Shown here piece by piece: positions 1-10,461 of a stretch of 64,000 bases of DNA. Both the position numbers and the translations under genes were made by a program. Position 1 is the stretch's first letter, and each line of letters starts with the position of its first letter. The notes below the pieces were generated by a model. That model had not been told where the DNA came from. It worked only from the letters and a program-made list of their open reading frames with translations, and did no database searches. Source of the DNA: Candidatus Hydrogenedentota bacterium (lineage in GTDB: Bacteria > Hydrogenedentota > Hydrogenedentia > Hydrogenedentales > SLHB01); NCBI GenBank assembly GCA_963674865.2, contig CAXXYE010000009.1:1056001-1120000 (forward strand). The letters are read 5' to 3'.

Positions 1-2
1 AT

Positions 3-461
3 CATGAGGACACGCTCGATGTGTCCCAGGAGGTTTTTGTCCGGGCCTATCGCGGCTTGGACGCCTTCAAAGGCGAGGCCAGAGTGTATACGTGGCTATA
101 CAGCATCGCGGCTAACCTCGCCCGAAACCGGCTACGCGACGCCGGACGCAAAGGGCGGGACAAAGCCACCTCGCTGGAGAGTTTGCAGGCGGCCGCCCCC
201 GGCTACGCCCAACACGCAACAGCCACCAGCCGGGATCCCGCGGCGGAGGCGCAGGAACACGAGTTGAACGAACTCCTTCAAGAGTGCCTCGATGAGTTGC
301 CCGATCACTACCGTATGACGTTCGTACTGCGCACCGTCGAGGATCTGAGTTATGAAGAGATCGCCCGCGCCCTTGGATGCCCGCCGGGCACCGTGAAGTC
401 GCGTTTGAATTTGGCAAGGAAGATGCTGCGCGAGCGATTGCAGGCACTGGCCGTGTTGTGA
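3..461 (+). CDS. ECF RNA polymerase sigma factor (RpoE/SigW-like), 5'-truncated at window edge
   Basis: Frame is open from position 3. Region 2 motif FKGEARVYTWLYSIAAN and region 4 HTH LSYEEIARALGCPPGTVKSRL. A ZAS anti-sigma follows directly. Confidence 0.92.
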   Translation, partial: HEDTLDVSQEVFVRAYRGLDAFKGEARVYTWLYSIAANLARNRLRDAGRKGRDKATSLESLQAAAPGYAQHATATSRDPAAEAQEHELNELLQECLDELPDHYRMTFVLRTVEDLSYEEIARALGCPPGTVKSRLNLARKMLRERLQALAVL

Positions 462-470
462 GGAAGCGCC

Positions 471-1796
471 ATGGATTGCGCACAAACTAGAGAAGAGTTT
501 TCGGCCCTGCTTGACGGCGAACTTGCGCCCGAGGTGCGGGCCGAGGTCGAGGCCCACCTCGCGGGGTGCTCGGAATGCCTCAGGCAGCTTGACGCCCTGA
601 AGAAGGTGGACACGCTCTACCAGGCGCTGCCGGTTGAACACGCGCCCGAGGGCTTTGAGGGCCGCATCCGCGGCGTCGTGCAGCCACGGGTGGTGCGCTT
701 CGGCCGTGCGCGTCACATTCGTCGGGCCATGTGGCCCATGTTGGCCGCGGCCGCGCTATTCGCGGTCGTCTGTGGCGTAGTGCTTCTGCAGCTTCGTCCC
801 GCGCTTCCCGGCTACCAGGTGGCCAAGACCGCGGATTTGCACCGCAACGCGATGGTTGAGGCCGAGGAGCTCACCGAGCGGGCGGTTAACGATGAGTCTT
901 CCGCGTCGGCTGAGAGCCCGGCCGCCCTGGATGCTGCCGTGAGCGGCGGGGGCCAAGTGCAAGGCGCTCGGGCCGGTGACACGGGCCATTTCGCCCGCCA
1001 GGCGCCCGAGATGGCCGTGGCGGTCAAGGCCGAGGAGCCGCGGGATGAATCTGCGCCCCAACCTCTTCCGCCTCTGAGGGATAAGGACGCGGACACGGGC
1101 TCGCCCACGCCACAGGCGCGTACCGCGATGGCGCCGCCTCCGCCGTCCTTCCAGACTCGCGGATTGAAGGCGTTGTCGGAACCAGATGCAGCAGCCGAGG
1201 AACGCATCGGCCACAAGCGAGCCCGAGGCATGTCCGAAGGCGGCAAGACGAAGATACAGAAGGCCGCGGGACGACTTGCGGCCACCGAGGGGACAGGCGT
1301 TTCCGAGGGTAAAGAGGAACTCGTCAGCCGGCCCGCTAGCATCTACTACTCAGACGTATTGGAGGCGCCCGTAGGGGATCGCGAGGGCGGGGCTGTGACG
1401 CCAAGCCCGACTTCAGAACCTGCCGAGCTCGCGTTCGGCGCTTCCCTACGTGAGGGCAATGAAGCCACTGAGAAGGCGACTCCTCTCCTAGGCGGGCCGT
1501 TTCGTAAGGAGGCCCCACCACAGGGGGCCGCCGCGAGTCCGGCTCCTGCTAAGGATGCTGAAGGGGCTACGAAGACTCTGGCAGGGCGTGAGTTCAGCCT
1601 TCGGGATGGAGTGTGGATTCAGAAGGAGTACAAGGCGCAGGTTGCGGTTGCTCTTGCCCGGGACTCAAAGACCCTCGCGTCGCTCTTGAAGAAGCATCCG
1701 GATCTGTCGCCGCTGAAGACTTGGCCCAAGCCGGTTGTCTTTCTCGTTGACAAGACGTGGTACCGGCTCTCCCCGCCCGCTCTCCAGAAGCCGTAG
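471..1796 (+). CDS. Zinc-finger (ZAS/zf-HC2) transmembrane anti-sigma factor
   Basis: N-terminal SALLDGEL...EAHLAGCSEC (HxxxCxxC), one TM helix (MLAAAALFAVVCGVVLL), a long Ala/Pro/Glu-rich region and a small C-terminal domain. Starts 9 bp after the sigma gene. Confidence 0.88.
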   Translation: MDCAQTREEFSALLDGELAPEVRAEVEAHLAGCSECLRQLDALKKVDTLYQALPVEHAPEGFEGRIRGVVQPRVVRFGRARHIRRAMWPMLAAAALFAVVCGVVLLQLRPALPGYQVAKTADLHRNAMVEAEELTERAVNDESSASAESPAALDAAVSGGGQVQGARAGDTGHFARQAPEMAVAVKAEEPRDESAPQPLPPLRDKDADTGSPTPQARTAMAPPPPSFQTRGLKALSEPDAAAEERIGHKRARGMSEGGKTKIQKAAGRLAATEGTGVSEGKEELVSRPASIYYSDVLEAPVGDREGGAVTPSPTSEPAELAFGASLREGNEATEKATPLLGGPFRKEAPPQGAAASPAPAKDAEGATKTLAGREFSLRDGVWIQKEYKAQVAVALARDSKTLASLLKKHPDLSPLKTWPKPVVFLVDKTWYRLSPPALQKP

Positions 1797-1905
1797 GCCT
1801 TGCTTTCGCTTCGGCGCCCTTGGCGACTCCCTGCCAGAGCTTGCGGAAAGCCTCCCAATGTGCGACATTGTTTCTCAGGGCGGCAGCCGGATGGGAGAAG
1901 CCGCA

Positions 1906-2958
1906 ATGGCAATCTACCGGTTTACAGATTGGCGACTGGCTGAACACGATACCTACGGTATGGTGTATCGCCCCTCCTGGAAGACCTTGGCCGGACGCCT
2001 CACGGGGACGGCTTTGGCGGCGCTGCTCATTGCCGGCGCGTTCTACACTTACGGCCAGATGGGCGGCCTGATAGGCGGCCTCGCGCTGCAGGTGTTGTGG
2101 GGACTCACCGGCGTGTTGGCCCTGATTGGGATTCTCTTGCCGTTGAGCTGCCTGTGGAATCGCCTGTCGATCAGCGTGGACCCCTACGGGAATCTTGTCG
2201 TCCGGCAGATGGGCGCTGTGTTGCCTTCCAGCAGGGACTTTCCGCTCGGGCCTTTTAAGCGCATCGGGGTCTTCGTCCAGGAAGATATACGAGCCAGTCG
2301 CTACAGGCGCTATCGAGCCGGGTGGCGTTGGGTCGTGGTGTTGCTCGGGCCCGATGCGGAAAACGGCGTCCAGTTCTGGTCCTATTGGCAGAAGCACGAA
2401 CCGAGCGACTTCGGCCGGATCCCCGAAAAGGTGCAGGCATTTGTTTCGGGACTGTCCGCCCTGACGGGATTGGCCGCCGGCGAACAACAGGTTGTCAGAT
2501 CGCAAGGTCGCGGTGCGCGCCGCGGCTTGTCCGTGGCGCCGACCGTCGATGTTAGGTCCGGGGGAAAGATATATCACTCTCTCGACGAGATACCGCAGGC
2601 AATGCGCGCACGGGCGGAAGAGGCCATTGCCCGCGCCCGGCAGTCAGGTCCGGAGTCCGGCTTCTCAGGCGTGCACACCAGCCGCGTTATCACGGTGCAG
2701 GGCGCGGATGGCGCCACACACACGTATCACTCCCTCGACGAGATGCCGCCTGAGGAGCGCAGGCGTGTGGAGGGCATGATGGGAGAACGAGGTGTTCGCG
2801 CAAACGCCGGCGGTTTGCCTGCCTCCTCAGCGCATCACTCGATAACCTTCCGCGACCGCGAGGGGAATGTCCACAAGCACAACTCCGCAGAGGAAATGCC
2901 TCCCGAGGTCCGCGCCATCTACGAGCGCCTCCGGCGCACTCCTCCTCCGTCGCGTTAA
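1906..2958 (+). CDS. Hypothetical membrane protein with three C-terminal YHSLDEMPPExR-type repeats
   Basis: ATG at 1906 after GGGAGAAG. Two TM helices and three degenerate ~25-aa repeats at the C-terminus. Confidence 0.75.
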   Translation: MAIYRFTDWRLAEHDTYGMVYRPSWKTLAGRLTGTALAALLIAGAFYTYGQMGGLIGGLALQVLWGLTGVLALIGILLPLSCLWNRLSISVDPYGNLVVRQMGAVLPSSRDFPLGPFKRIGVFVQEDIRASRYRRYRAGWRWVVVLLGPDAENGVQFWSYWQKHEPSDFGRIPEKVQAFVSGLSALTGLAAGEQQVVRSQGRGARRGLSVAPTVDVRSGGKIYHSLDEIPQAMRARAEEAIARARQSGPESGFSGVHTSRVITVQGADGATHTYHSLDEMPPEERRRVEGMMGERGVRANAGGLPASSAHHSITFRDREGNVHKHNSAEEMPPEVRAIYERLRRTPPPSR

Positions 2959-3018
2959 GGCCCCGGCGCTCTCGCCAATTCCCTCGATGCGCAGTGCAAG
3001 TCAGTGCTGCGGTTTGAT

Positions 3019-3048
3019 TTGACTATCCATGCGCCAAAATGGTATCTT
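3019..3048 (+). promoter_or_regulatory. Putative sigma70 promoter of rpsA
   Basis: TTGACT (3019-3024), 18-bp spacer ending TGG, then TATCTT (3043-3048), i.e. an extended -10. Confidence 0.55.
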
Positions 3049-3107
3049 CCTCGTTCTGTCGGCTTGGCCGACAAATCCCTACGAACAGGAGGCATACCGG
3101 AATACCC

Positions 3108-5195
3108 ATGGCAGATGAACTTGTGAACGAACAACCGGCGGTGGACGAGGCCGCCAATCAACCCGCAGCTACTGAGGATCTTACGGACGACGTGTCCCCG
3201 GAGGAGGAGATGGAAGAGTTCTCCCCCGAGGAGATGGAGGCCCTCTATGGGGAAACCATGCTCAACTTCCGCGAAGGTGAGGTCGTTAAAGGCCACATCG
3301 TGGAAGTGGGCTCCGACAGGGTCCTTGTAGACATCGGCTACAAGAGCGAAGGCGTTGTGCAAGTCGAGGAGTTCAGCGATCCATCGGCTTTGGTCGAGGG
3401 CGCTGAGTTCGACTTCTACATCCAGGAGCCTGAAGATGAGGAGGGCATGCCCGTCCTCAGCAAGATTAAGGCGGACCGGATCAAGAATTGGGCGCACATT
3501 CAAGAGATTTACGAGGAGGACGGCGTGGTTGAAGGCCGCATCGTCCGCCGCGTCAAAGGCGGGCTGAAAGTCGACATCGGCGTTGATGCCTTCATGCCGG
3601 CCAGTCAGCTCACATGGCGGCCCACGGGCGATCTCGATCGTTACATCGGTAGAACGATGGAGATGAAGATCATCAAGCTCACCAAGCGCCGCCGGAATGT
3701 GGTGGTAAGCCGCCGCAAGCTTATCGAGGAGCAACGCGCCGGCGAGAAGAAGCGCTTGCTCGAAACCATCGAGATCGGGAAGCGGCTTCGGGGCGAAGTC
3801 AAGAATATCACCGATTTCGGCGCGTTCGTGGACGTGGGCGGCATCGACGGTTTGCTGCACGTAACCGACATGTCCTGGGGCCGCGTGAAACATCCGTCCC
3901 AGGCGGTGTCCGTTGGCCAGCAGATCGAAGTCGTCGTACTCAACTTCGACCCTCGCACCGAGCGAATCAGCCTCGGATTGAAGCAGAAGACGGAGAATCC
4001 CTGGAGGACCGCCGGGCAACGCTACGCCATAGGCGGCGTGATTCGCGGGCGCGTCGTGAGCATGACGGATTACGGCGCTTTCGTGCAGCTTGAAGAAGGC
4101 ATCGAAGGCATGGTGCACGTAAGCGAGATGAGCTGGACCCATCGTGTCCGCCATCCCAACGAGCTGCTCGAACTCGACCAGGAAGTCGACATCATGGTTC
4201 TCAGCGTCGATCAGGAAGCTGAGAAGATCGCCCTGGGCATCAAACAGACGCAACCCAATCCGTGGTCGCAGATTGCCGAGCGCTATCCCGTGGGCTCCAC
4301 GGTGAAGGGCCTCGTGCGCAACCTCACCGACTACGGCGCGTTCGTTCAGATCGAGGAGGGCATTGACGGCCTCCTTCACGTGAGCGACATGTCATGGACG
4401 AAGAAGGTAACGCACCCCTCTGAAGTCCTTGAGAAGGGCCAGGAGATGGAGGTCAAGATCCTCAGCATCGACCCCGTCAACGAGAAGATCAGCGTGGGAT
4501 TGAAGCAACTCGAGCGGGATCCTTGGCAGGAAATCGTCGACGCGATGCCGCTTGGCGCGCACGTCGAGGTGGAGATCTCCAAGCTCGTGAGTTTTGGCGC
4601 CTTTGCGCGGCTTGAAAGCGGCGTCGAGGGCCTGATCCATGTCAGCGAGCTTGCCGCCGAGCGCGTCAACAAGCCTGAGGAAGTGTTGTCCGTCGGCGAC
4701 AAGGTCATGGCTAAAGTCATCAGCATCGACCCGAATGAGCGCAAGATTGGCCTGAGCATTTCCGAGTTCAAGCGCGATCAGGAAGTCGAAGCGCAGACGC
4801 AGTACGCGGGAAGCGTGGGCGACGGCAAAGTCAGCATCGGCGAAGCCCTGGGGGGCGCCGTGCCGAAGTCGCTCGTCGAGGCGGGGCGCAGTCTTACCGA
4901 CGCCGCGAACGAGATGATGGCCGTGATTGCCCGAAACACCGCGGCGCAGGAGCCCGTTCAGGAAGCGCCCGCGGAGAGCGCACCGGCCGAGGCACCCCAA
5001 GCGGAGGCTCCGCCCGCGCCTGAGGAGCAGGCCCCGGCGGAGGTCCCGGCTGAGGCCCCGGCTGAGGCCCCTGCACAGCCCGAACCTGTCGCCGAAGAAG
5101 CCCCGGCCGCCGAGCCGGCCCAAGACGAGACGCCGACTTCCGAGGAAGCCCCGGCCGACGTCCCTGAGAGTGAGAAGCCGGCCGAGGGTAGTTGA
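3108..5195 (+). CDS. rpsA: 30S ribosomal protein S1 with acidic N- and C-terminal extensions
   Basis: Six S1 repeats (VDIGYKSEG, KNITDFGAFVDVGGIDGLLHVTDMSW, TDYGAFVQLEEGIEGMVHVSEMSW and others). AGGAGG lies upstream of ATG 3108. Confidence 0.97.
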   Translation: MADELVNEQPAVDEAANQPAATEDLTDDVSPEEEMEEFSPEEMEALYGETMLNFREGEVVKGHIVEVGSDRVLVDIGYKSEGVVQVEEFSDPSALVEGAEFDFYIQEPEDEEGMPVLSKIKADRIKNWAHIQEIYEEDGVVEGRIVRRVKGGLKVDIGVDAFMPASQLTWRPTGDLDRYIGRTMEMKIIKLTKRRRNVVVSRRKLIEEQRAGEKKRLLETIEIGKRLRGEVKNITDFGAFVDVGGIDGLLHVTDMSWGRVKHPSQAVSVGQQIEVVVLNFDPRTERISLGLKQKTENPWRTAGQRYAIGGVIRGRVVSMTDYGAFVQLEEGIEGMVHVSEMSWTHRVRHPNELLELDQEVDIMVLSVDQEAEKIALGIKQTQPNPWSQIAERYPVGSTVKGLVRNLTDYGAFVQIEEGIDGLLHVSDMSWTKKVTHPSEVLEKGQEMEVKILSIDPVNEKISVGLKQLERDPWQEIVDAMPLGAHVEVEISKLVSFGAFARLESGVEGLIHVSELAAERVNKPEEVLSVGDKVMAKVISIDPNERKIGLSISEFKRDQEVEAQTQYAGSVGDGKVSIGEALGGAVPKSLVEAGRSLTDAANEMMAVIARNTAAQEPVQEAPAESAPAEAPQAEAPPAPEEQAPAEVPAEAPAEAPAQPEPVAEEAPAAEPAQDETPTSEEAPADVPESEKPAEGS

Positions 5196-5217
5196 ACCGC
5201 GAAGCAAAGTATGACTG

Positions 5218-5248
5218 GAGCGCCGCCGACAGGCGGCGCTCTGTGTTT
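5218..5248 (+). terminator. Rho-independent terminator after rpsA
   Basis: Perfect 10-bp stem GAGCGCCGCC-GACA-GGCGGCGCTC followed by TGTGTTT, 22 bp after the stop codon. Confidence 0.75.
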
Positions 5249-5302
5249 CGACAATAAGCCGTGAGGCAAGGAAGCTATCGACGCGAGGTCAGGAGCCGTC
5301 TA

Positions 5303-7141
<1,839 letters not shown>

Positions 7142-7166
7142 GGGCTGGGACGTCTTCCGAGGTGGA

Positions 7167-8225
7167 TTAAGTCTCCAGGGGGAAGGTGACTCGCCTGCCC
7201 TCACGCGCGGCGCGATAGGCTCCCAGCATCATCTCCACGGCCACGCGGCCGTCCTCCGCGGATGCCGGCGGCGGCGTCTCATTGAGCAGGCTGTCGATCC
7301 ATGGGCGCGGGACATTCCGGATGCGCACGCCTTGATCCGCCGGAATGGGCACGTCGAGGACCTCCCAGTCGGCCGCACCGTAGCGGAAGAGCTTCAAGGC
7401 AGGCCCGTCAGGACATCGCGGGACACCGCACGAAGGGCCGTCCCCGTAGTTCTGGATGAGCACGCCCTTTTCACCGTACACCTCCGTGGTGTTCTCACCG
7501 GCGTTCACCGTCGAGCTGTTGAAGAGGATTCCCATTTCGCCCTGGGAGAACCGGAAAACGGCCACGCCGTTGTCGTCCGGAGCGATGTCGGTGAGCACGT
7601 TATCGATCTCCGCGATCACGCTGGCCGGCTTGCCGAGTATCCAGTGGAACCAGTCGGCGGGATGCGTGGCGTCGTCCATGAACATCCCCATGTTCTTCTC
7701 GGCCTCAATGTGCCAATGCGTCGGGCCGTTGATGAAGGAATCCTGGAAGAGCACGCCGATGCAGTGCCGACGCCGGATCACGCCGATTCGCCCGAGGACG
7801 CCCGATTGGATAAGTTCGCGGATCGTGATGTTGGCGGGATCGTGGCGCATCTGGAACGCCATGGCCAACACCACACCCGCGCGCGCTGCTGCCTCGGACA
7901 TCCGATCGCAATCTTCGAGGCTCAACGCCATGGGCTTCTGGCAAAGGATGTGCTTGCCCGCCTGGGCCGCCGCGACGCATAACTCCGCGTGCCGGCTCGT
8001 CTCACTCCCCACAATCACCGCCTGCACGTCCGCGTCGTTGAGAACATCCTCGATGTGCGGACTGTAACGCATGCCCACGCCTGTGCAGGCAGCTTCGCCC
8101 CGGTGTTTATCGTCATCATAGCCGGCGACGAGCCGCACGTCCGCGAAGTCCTTCATCACGTTCGCATAGGCGCCCACGTGTCCGTGCGCGAAACTCAGTA
8201 TTCCAATGCCGATCGGTGCTTTCAT
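7167..8225 (-). CDS. Gfo/Idh/MocA family oxidoreductase
   Basis: IGILSFAHGH N-terminus, AGKHILCQKPMA, GMFMDDATHPAD and C-terminal SAEDGRVAVEM. Confidence 0.9.
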   Translation of the reverse strand: MKAPIGIGILSFAHGHVGAYANVMKDFADVRLVAGYDDDKHRGEAACTGVGMRYSPHIEDVLNDADVQAVIVGSETSRHAELCVAAAQAGKHILCQKPMALSLEDCDRMSEAAARAGVVLAMAFQMRHDPANITIRELIQSGVLGRIGVIRRRHCIGVLFQDSFINGPTHWHIEAEKNMGMFMDDATHPADWFHWILGKPASVIAEIDNVLTDIAPDDNGVAVFRFSQGEMGILFNSSTVNAGENTTEVYGEKGVLIQNYGDGPSCGVPRCPDGPALKLFRYGAADWEVLDVPIPADQGVRIRNVPRPWIDSLLNETPPPASAEDGRVAVEMMLGAYRAAREGRRVTFPLET

Positions 8226-8317
8226 GCCGCTTTCCCTTTCTTTCCGGTGAATAACGGCACAAAAGTAGACGAAAAGGGCCCGATGTAGCAAGCGGCGACT
8301 CGGCGTTGTCTCGCGCC

Positions 8318-9514
8318 TCACCGCTGGAGCGCGCGGACGCTCTCGATGAGGTAATCCAAGGCTTCCTTCTTTTGGCGCGGATTGATAGGCAGCGTCACGA
8401 GGTGTTGCCCCACCTTCTCCGCCTCCGGGAACTGGCCGCGCTCATATCCCCGTTTCCGAAACGCCGTCGTCCAGTGAAGGGGAATATAGTGCATGCCGAC
8501 TTTGACGCCTTTCTCATGCAGCATGGCGTAGATGAAGTCTTCCTTGTCCATGCCGTAGGCATCGGGATCGATCATGATGGGATACAGATGGAACACGTGC
8601 TTGCGGCCGGGCATCACCGTCGGCAGGTGGAGGCCCGGGACGTCTTTCAGGCCCTCGGTGAGGTACGCCGCATTATCGATCCTGCGCTGGTTGAGCATAT
8701 CGAGCTTCTTCAACTGCTCGATACCGACGGCCGCTTGGATGTCCGTCATGCGGAAGTTGTAGCCGGTGTCATCGAAATCCTGCCACCAGAAACGCTTGCC
8801 CTTCGGGAAGGCGGTTTCGTCCAGGCTACAGTACTTGGTGCTCTTCCCATACACACGCGTGCAGTGTGAGCGGTACAGCGCGATGCGCTCGAAGAGGTCG
8901 GGATCATCCGTCAGGACGATACCGCCTTCGCCGAGCGTGGAGATATTCTTCTGCTCGTGGAAGCTGAAACAGCCCGTTGTGCCGATGGACCCGGCCTTCC
9001 GGCCCTTGTATTCGGCGCCGAGGGCGTGGCAGGCGTCCTCGACCACGGCGAGTCCATGCGCTTCGGCGATGGCGAGGATGGGATCCATGTCGCAGCACTG
9101 GCCATACAGGTGAACCGGAACAATGGCCTTCGTCTGCGGAGTGATCGCCGCTTCGAGCTGCTCCGGGTCGAGGTTGTACGTCACGGGATCGATGTCCACG
9201 AAATCGATCTCCGCGCCGAGGGTGGCGGGCGCGGCGGCCGTGGCGATCCATGTCATGGGCGTCGTGATCACCCGATCGCCCGGCTTGATATCGAGGGCTA
9301 CCATGGACATGAACAGGGCGGCCGTGCCATTGCTGACGCACCGGGCGAACTTCGTGCCCGAGTAGGCCGCGAAGGCCTCCTCGAACCGGATACAGGCCTC
9401 GCCGCTGGTGGGCGCGTTCTGGCGCAAGACTTCGAGTACCGCTTGCTCCTCCTCGGGCCCGTATTCGCTGCCGAACTTGATGAACAACTCGTGTTTGATT
9501 TGCGGACTACTCAT
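8318..9514 (-). CDS. DegT/DnrJ/EryC1/StrS family PLP-dependent sugar aminotransferase
   Basis: VSNGTAAL, AIVPVHLYGQ, VEDACHALGA, FSFHEQKNISTLGEGG (PLP lysine), GYNFRMTDIQAAVG. Start overlaps the upstream stop. Confidence 0.93.
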   Translation of the reverse strand: MSSPQIKHELFIKFGSEYGPEEEQAVLEVLRQNAPTSGEACIRFEEAFAAYSGTKFARCVSNGTAALFMSMVALDIKPGDRVITTPMTWIATAAAPATLGAEIDFVDIDPVTYNLDPEQLEAAITPQTKAIVPVHLYGQCCDMDPILAIAEAHGLAVVEDACHALGAEYKGRKAGSIGTTGCFSFHEQKNISTLGEGGIVLTDDPDLFERIALYRSHCTRVYGKSTKYCSLDETAFPKGKRFWWQDFDDTGYNFRMTDIQAAVGIEQLKKLDMLNQRRIDNAAYLTEGLKDVPGLHLPTVMPGRKHVFHLYPIMIDPDAYGMDKEDFIYAMLHEKGVKVGMHYIPLHWTTAFRKRGYERGQFPEAEKVGQHLVTLPINPRQKKEALDYLIESVRALQR

Positions 9515-10418
9515 GCTCCTCTTGCTCCTTTCTGACGGCCAGCACCGCGTCCAGGCCGTCCATGAGCGAGCGCATCGGCGTCTCAAGGACGCGGCGGGCC
9601 TTCGTGTTATCCAGCGAGGCATCATTCGGCCTAGGCGCGCGGCCCTCCATCGCGTTTGAATCCGTAGCGACAACCAGGTCCGGCGAAAACCCAAGCCGCT
9701 CCGCGATCCGGCACGCCATGTCGTAACGGTTCAGGCGCGTGTTGCCGGAGAGGTGGAGCGTCCCCGTGAAGTCGTTTCCGGCCAATTCCAGAAAAGCGCG
9801 GCCGAGGGTGATTACGTCAACGGGAGTCCGGATCTCGTTCTCCGGGAACTTCACCTTCTCGCCGGCCTCGAGACTGCGAAACATCTTCGCCAGGAACGAG
9901 TTTCCCGCGCCCAGCACCGGCAGTCCCATCACGAGCGAAAGGCGCGTGATCACGCTGTTCTCGACTGTCTTCCGGACAATTCCCTCGGCGCGGATCTTCG
10001 TATCGGCGTAGAAGTTCACCGCGTGCGGCGCATCTTCCTCGGTGTACATCCCCTTCGTGCCGTCAAAGACGGTGTCGGTCGAGCACAGCATCATCTTGGC
10101 GCCGTGAGTGGCGCAGAGCCCGGCCAGGGCGCGCGTGACGCCCACGTTTATCTCCTCTGCCTCCTCCTGATGCTCCTCACAATAATCGATGTTTGCCAGC
10201 GCTGCCGTGTGAACCACAGCGGCCGGACGCACATCTTCAAACACGGCCGCGAGCTTGGCCGTGTCGCGCAAGTCGAATTGGTGGCAGCGGAAGCCGGGCC
10301 GCTCTTCGGGCGCTTCGATCAGCGATAGCGCGTAGACGTCCCATTTGCCGCGCGCCTGCCAAACCACACTTCCGGCCACAAAGCCGCCGTAACCTGTGAC
10401 AATCAAGCGTTTGCTCAT
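9507..10418 (-). CDS. RmlD-like (dTDP-4-dehydrorhamnose reductase family) SDR oxidoreductase
   Basis: IVTGYGGFVAG Rossmann motif, HTAALANIDYCE, STDTVFDG, YADTK (YxxxK), APRPNDASLD. Confidence 0.88.
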   Translation of the reverse strand: MSKRLIVTGYGGFVAGSVVWQARGKWDVYALSLIEAPEERPGFRCHQFDLRDTAKLAAVFEDVRPAAVVHTAALANIDYCEEHQEEAEEINVGVTRALAGLCATHGAKMMLCSTDTVFDGTKGMYTEEDAPHAVNFYADTKIRAEGIVRKTVENSVITRLSLVMGLPVLGAGNSFLAKMFRSLEAGEKVKFPENEIRTPVDVITLGRAFLELAGNDFTGTLHLSGNTRLNRYDMACRIAERLGFSPDLVVATDSNAMEGRAPRPNDASLDNTKARRVLETPMRSLMDGLDAVLAVRKEQEEHE

Positions 10419-10461
10419 GATTTCTTCCTATTTAAGGGCCGTTTCGGCCGATGTCTGTCGT

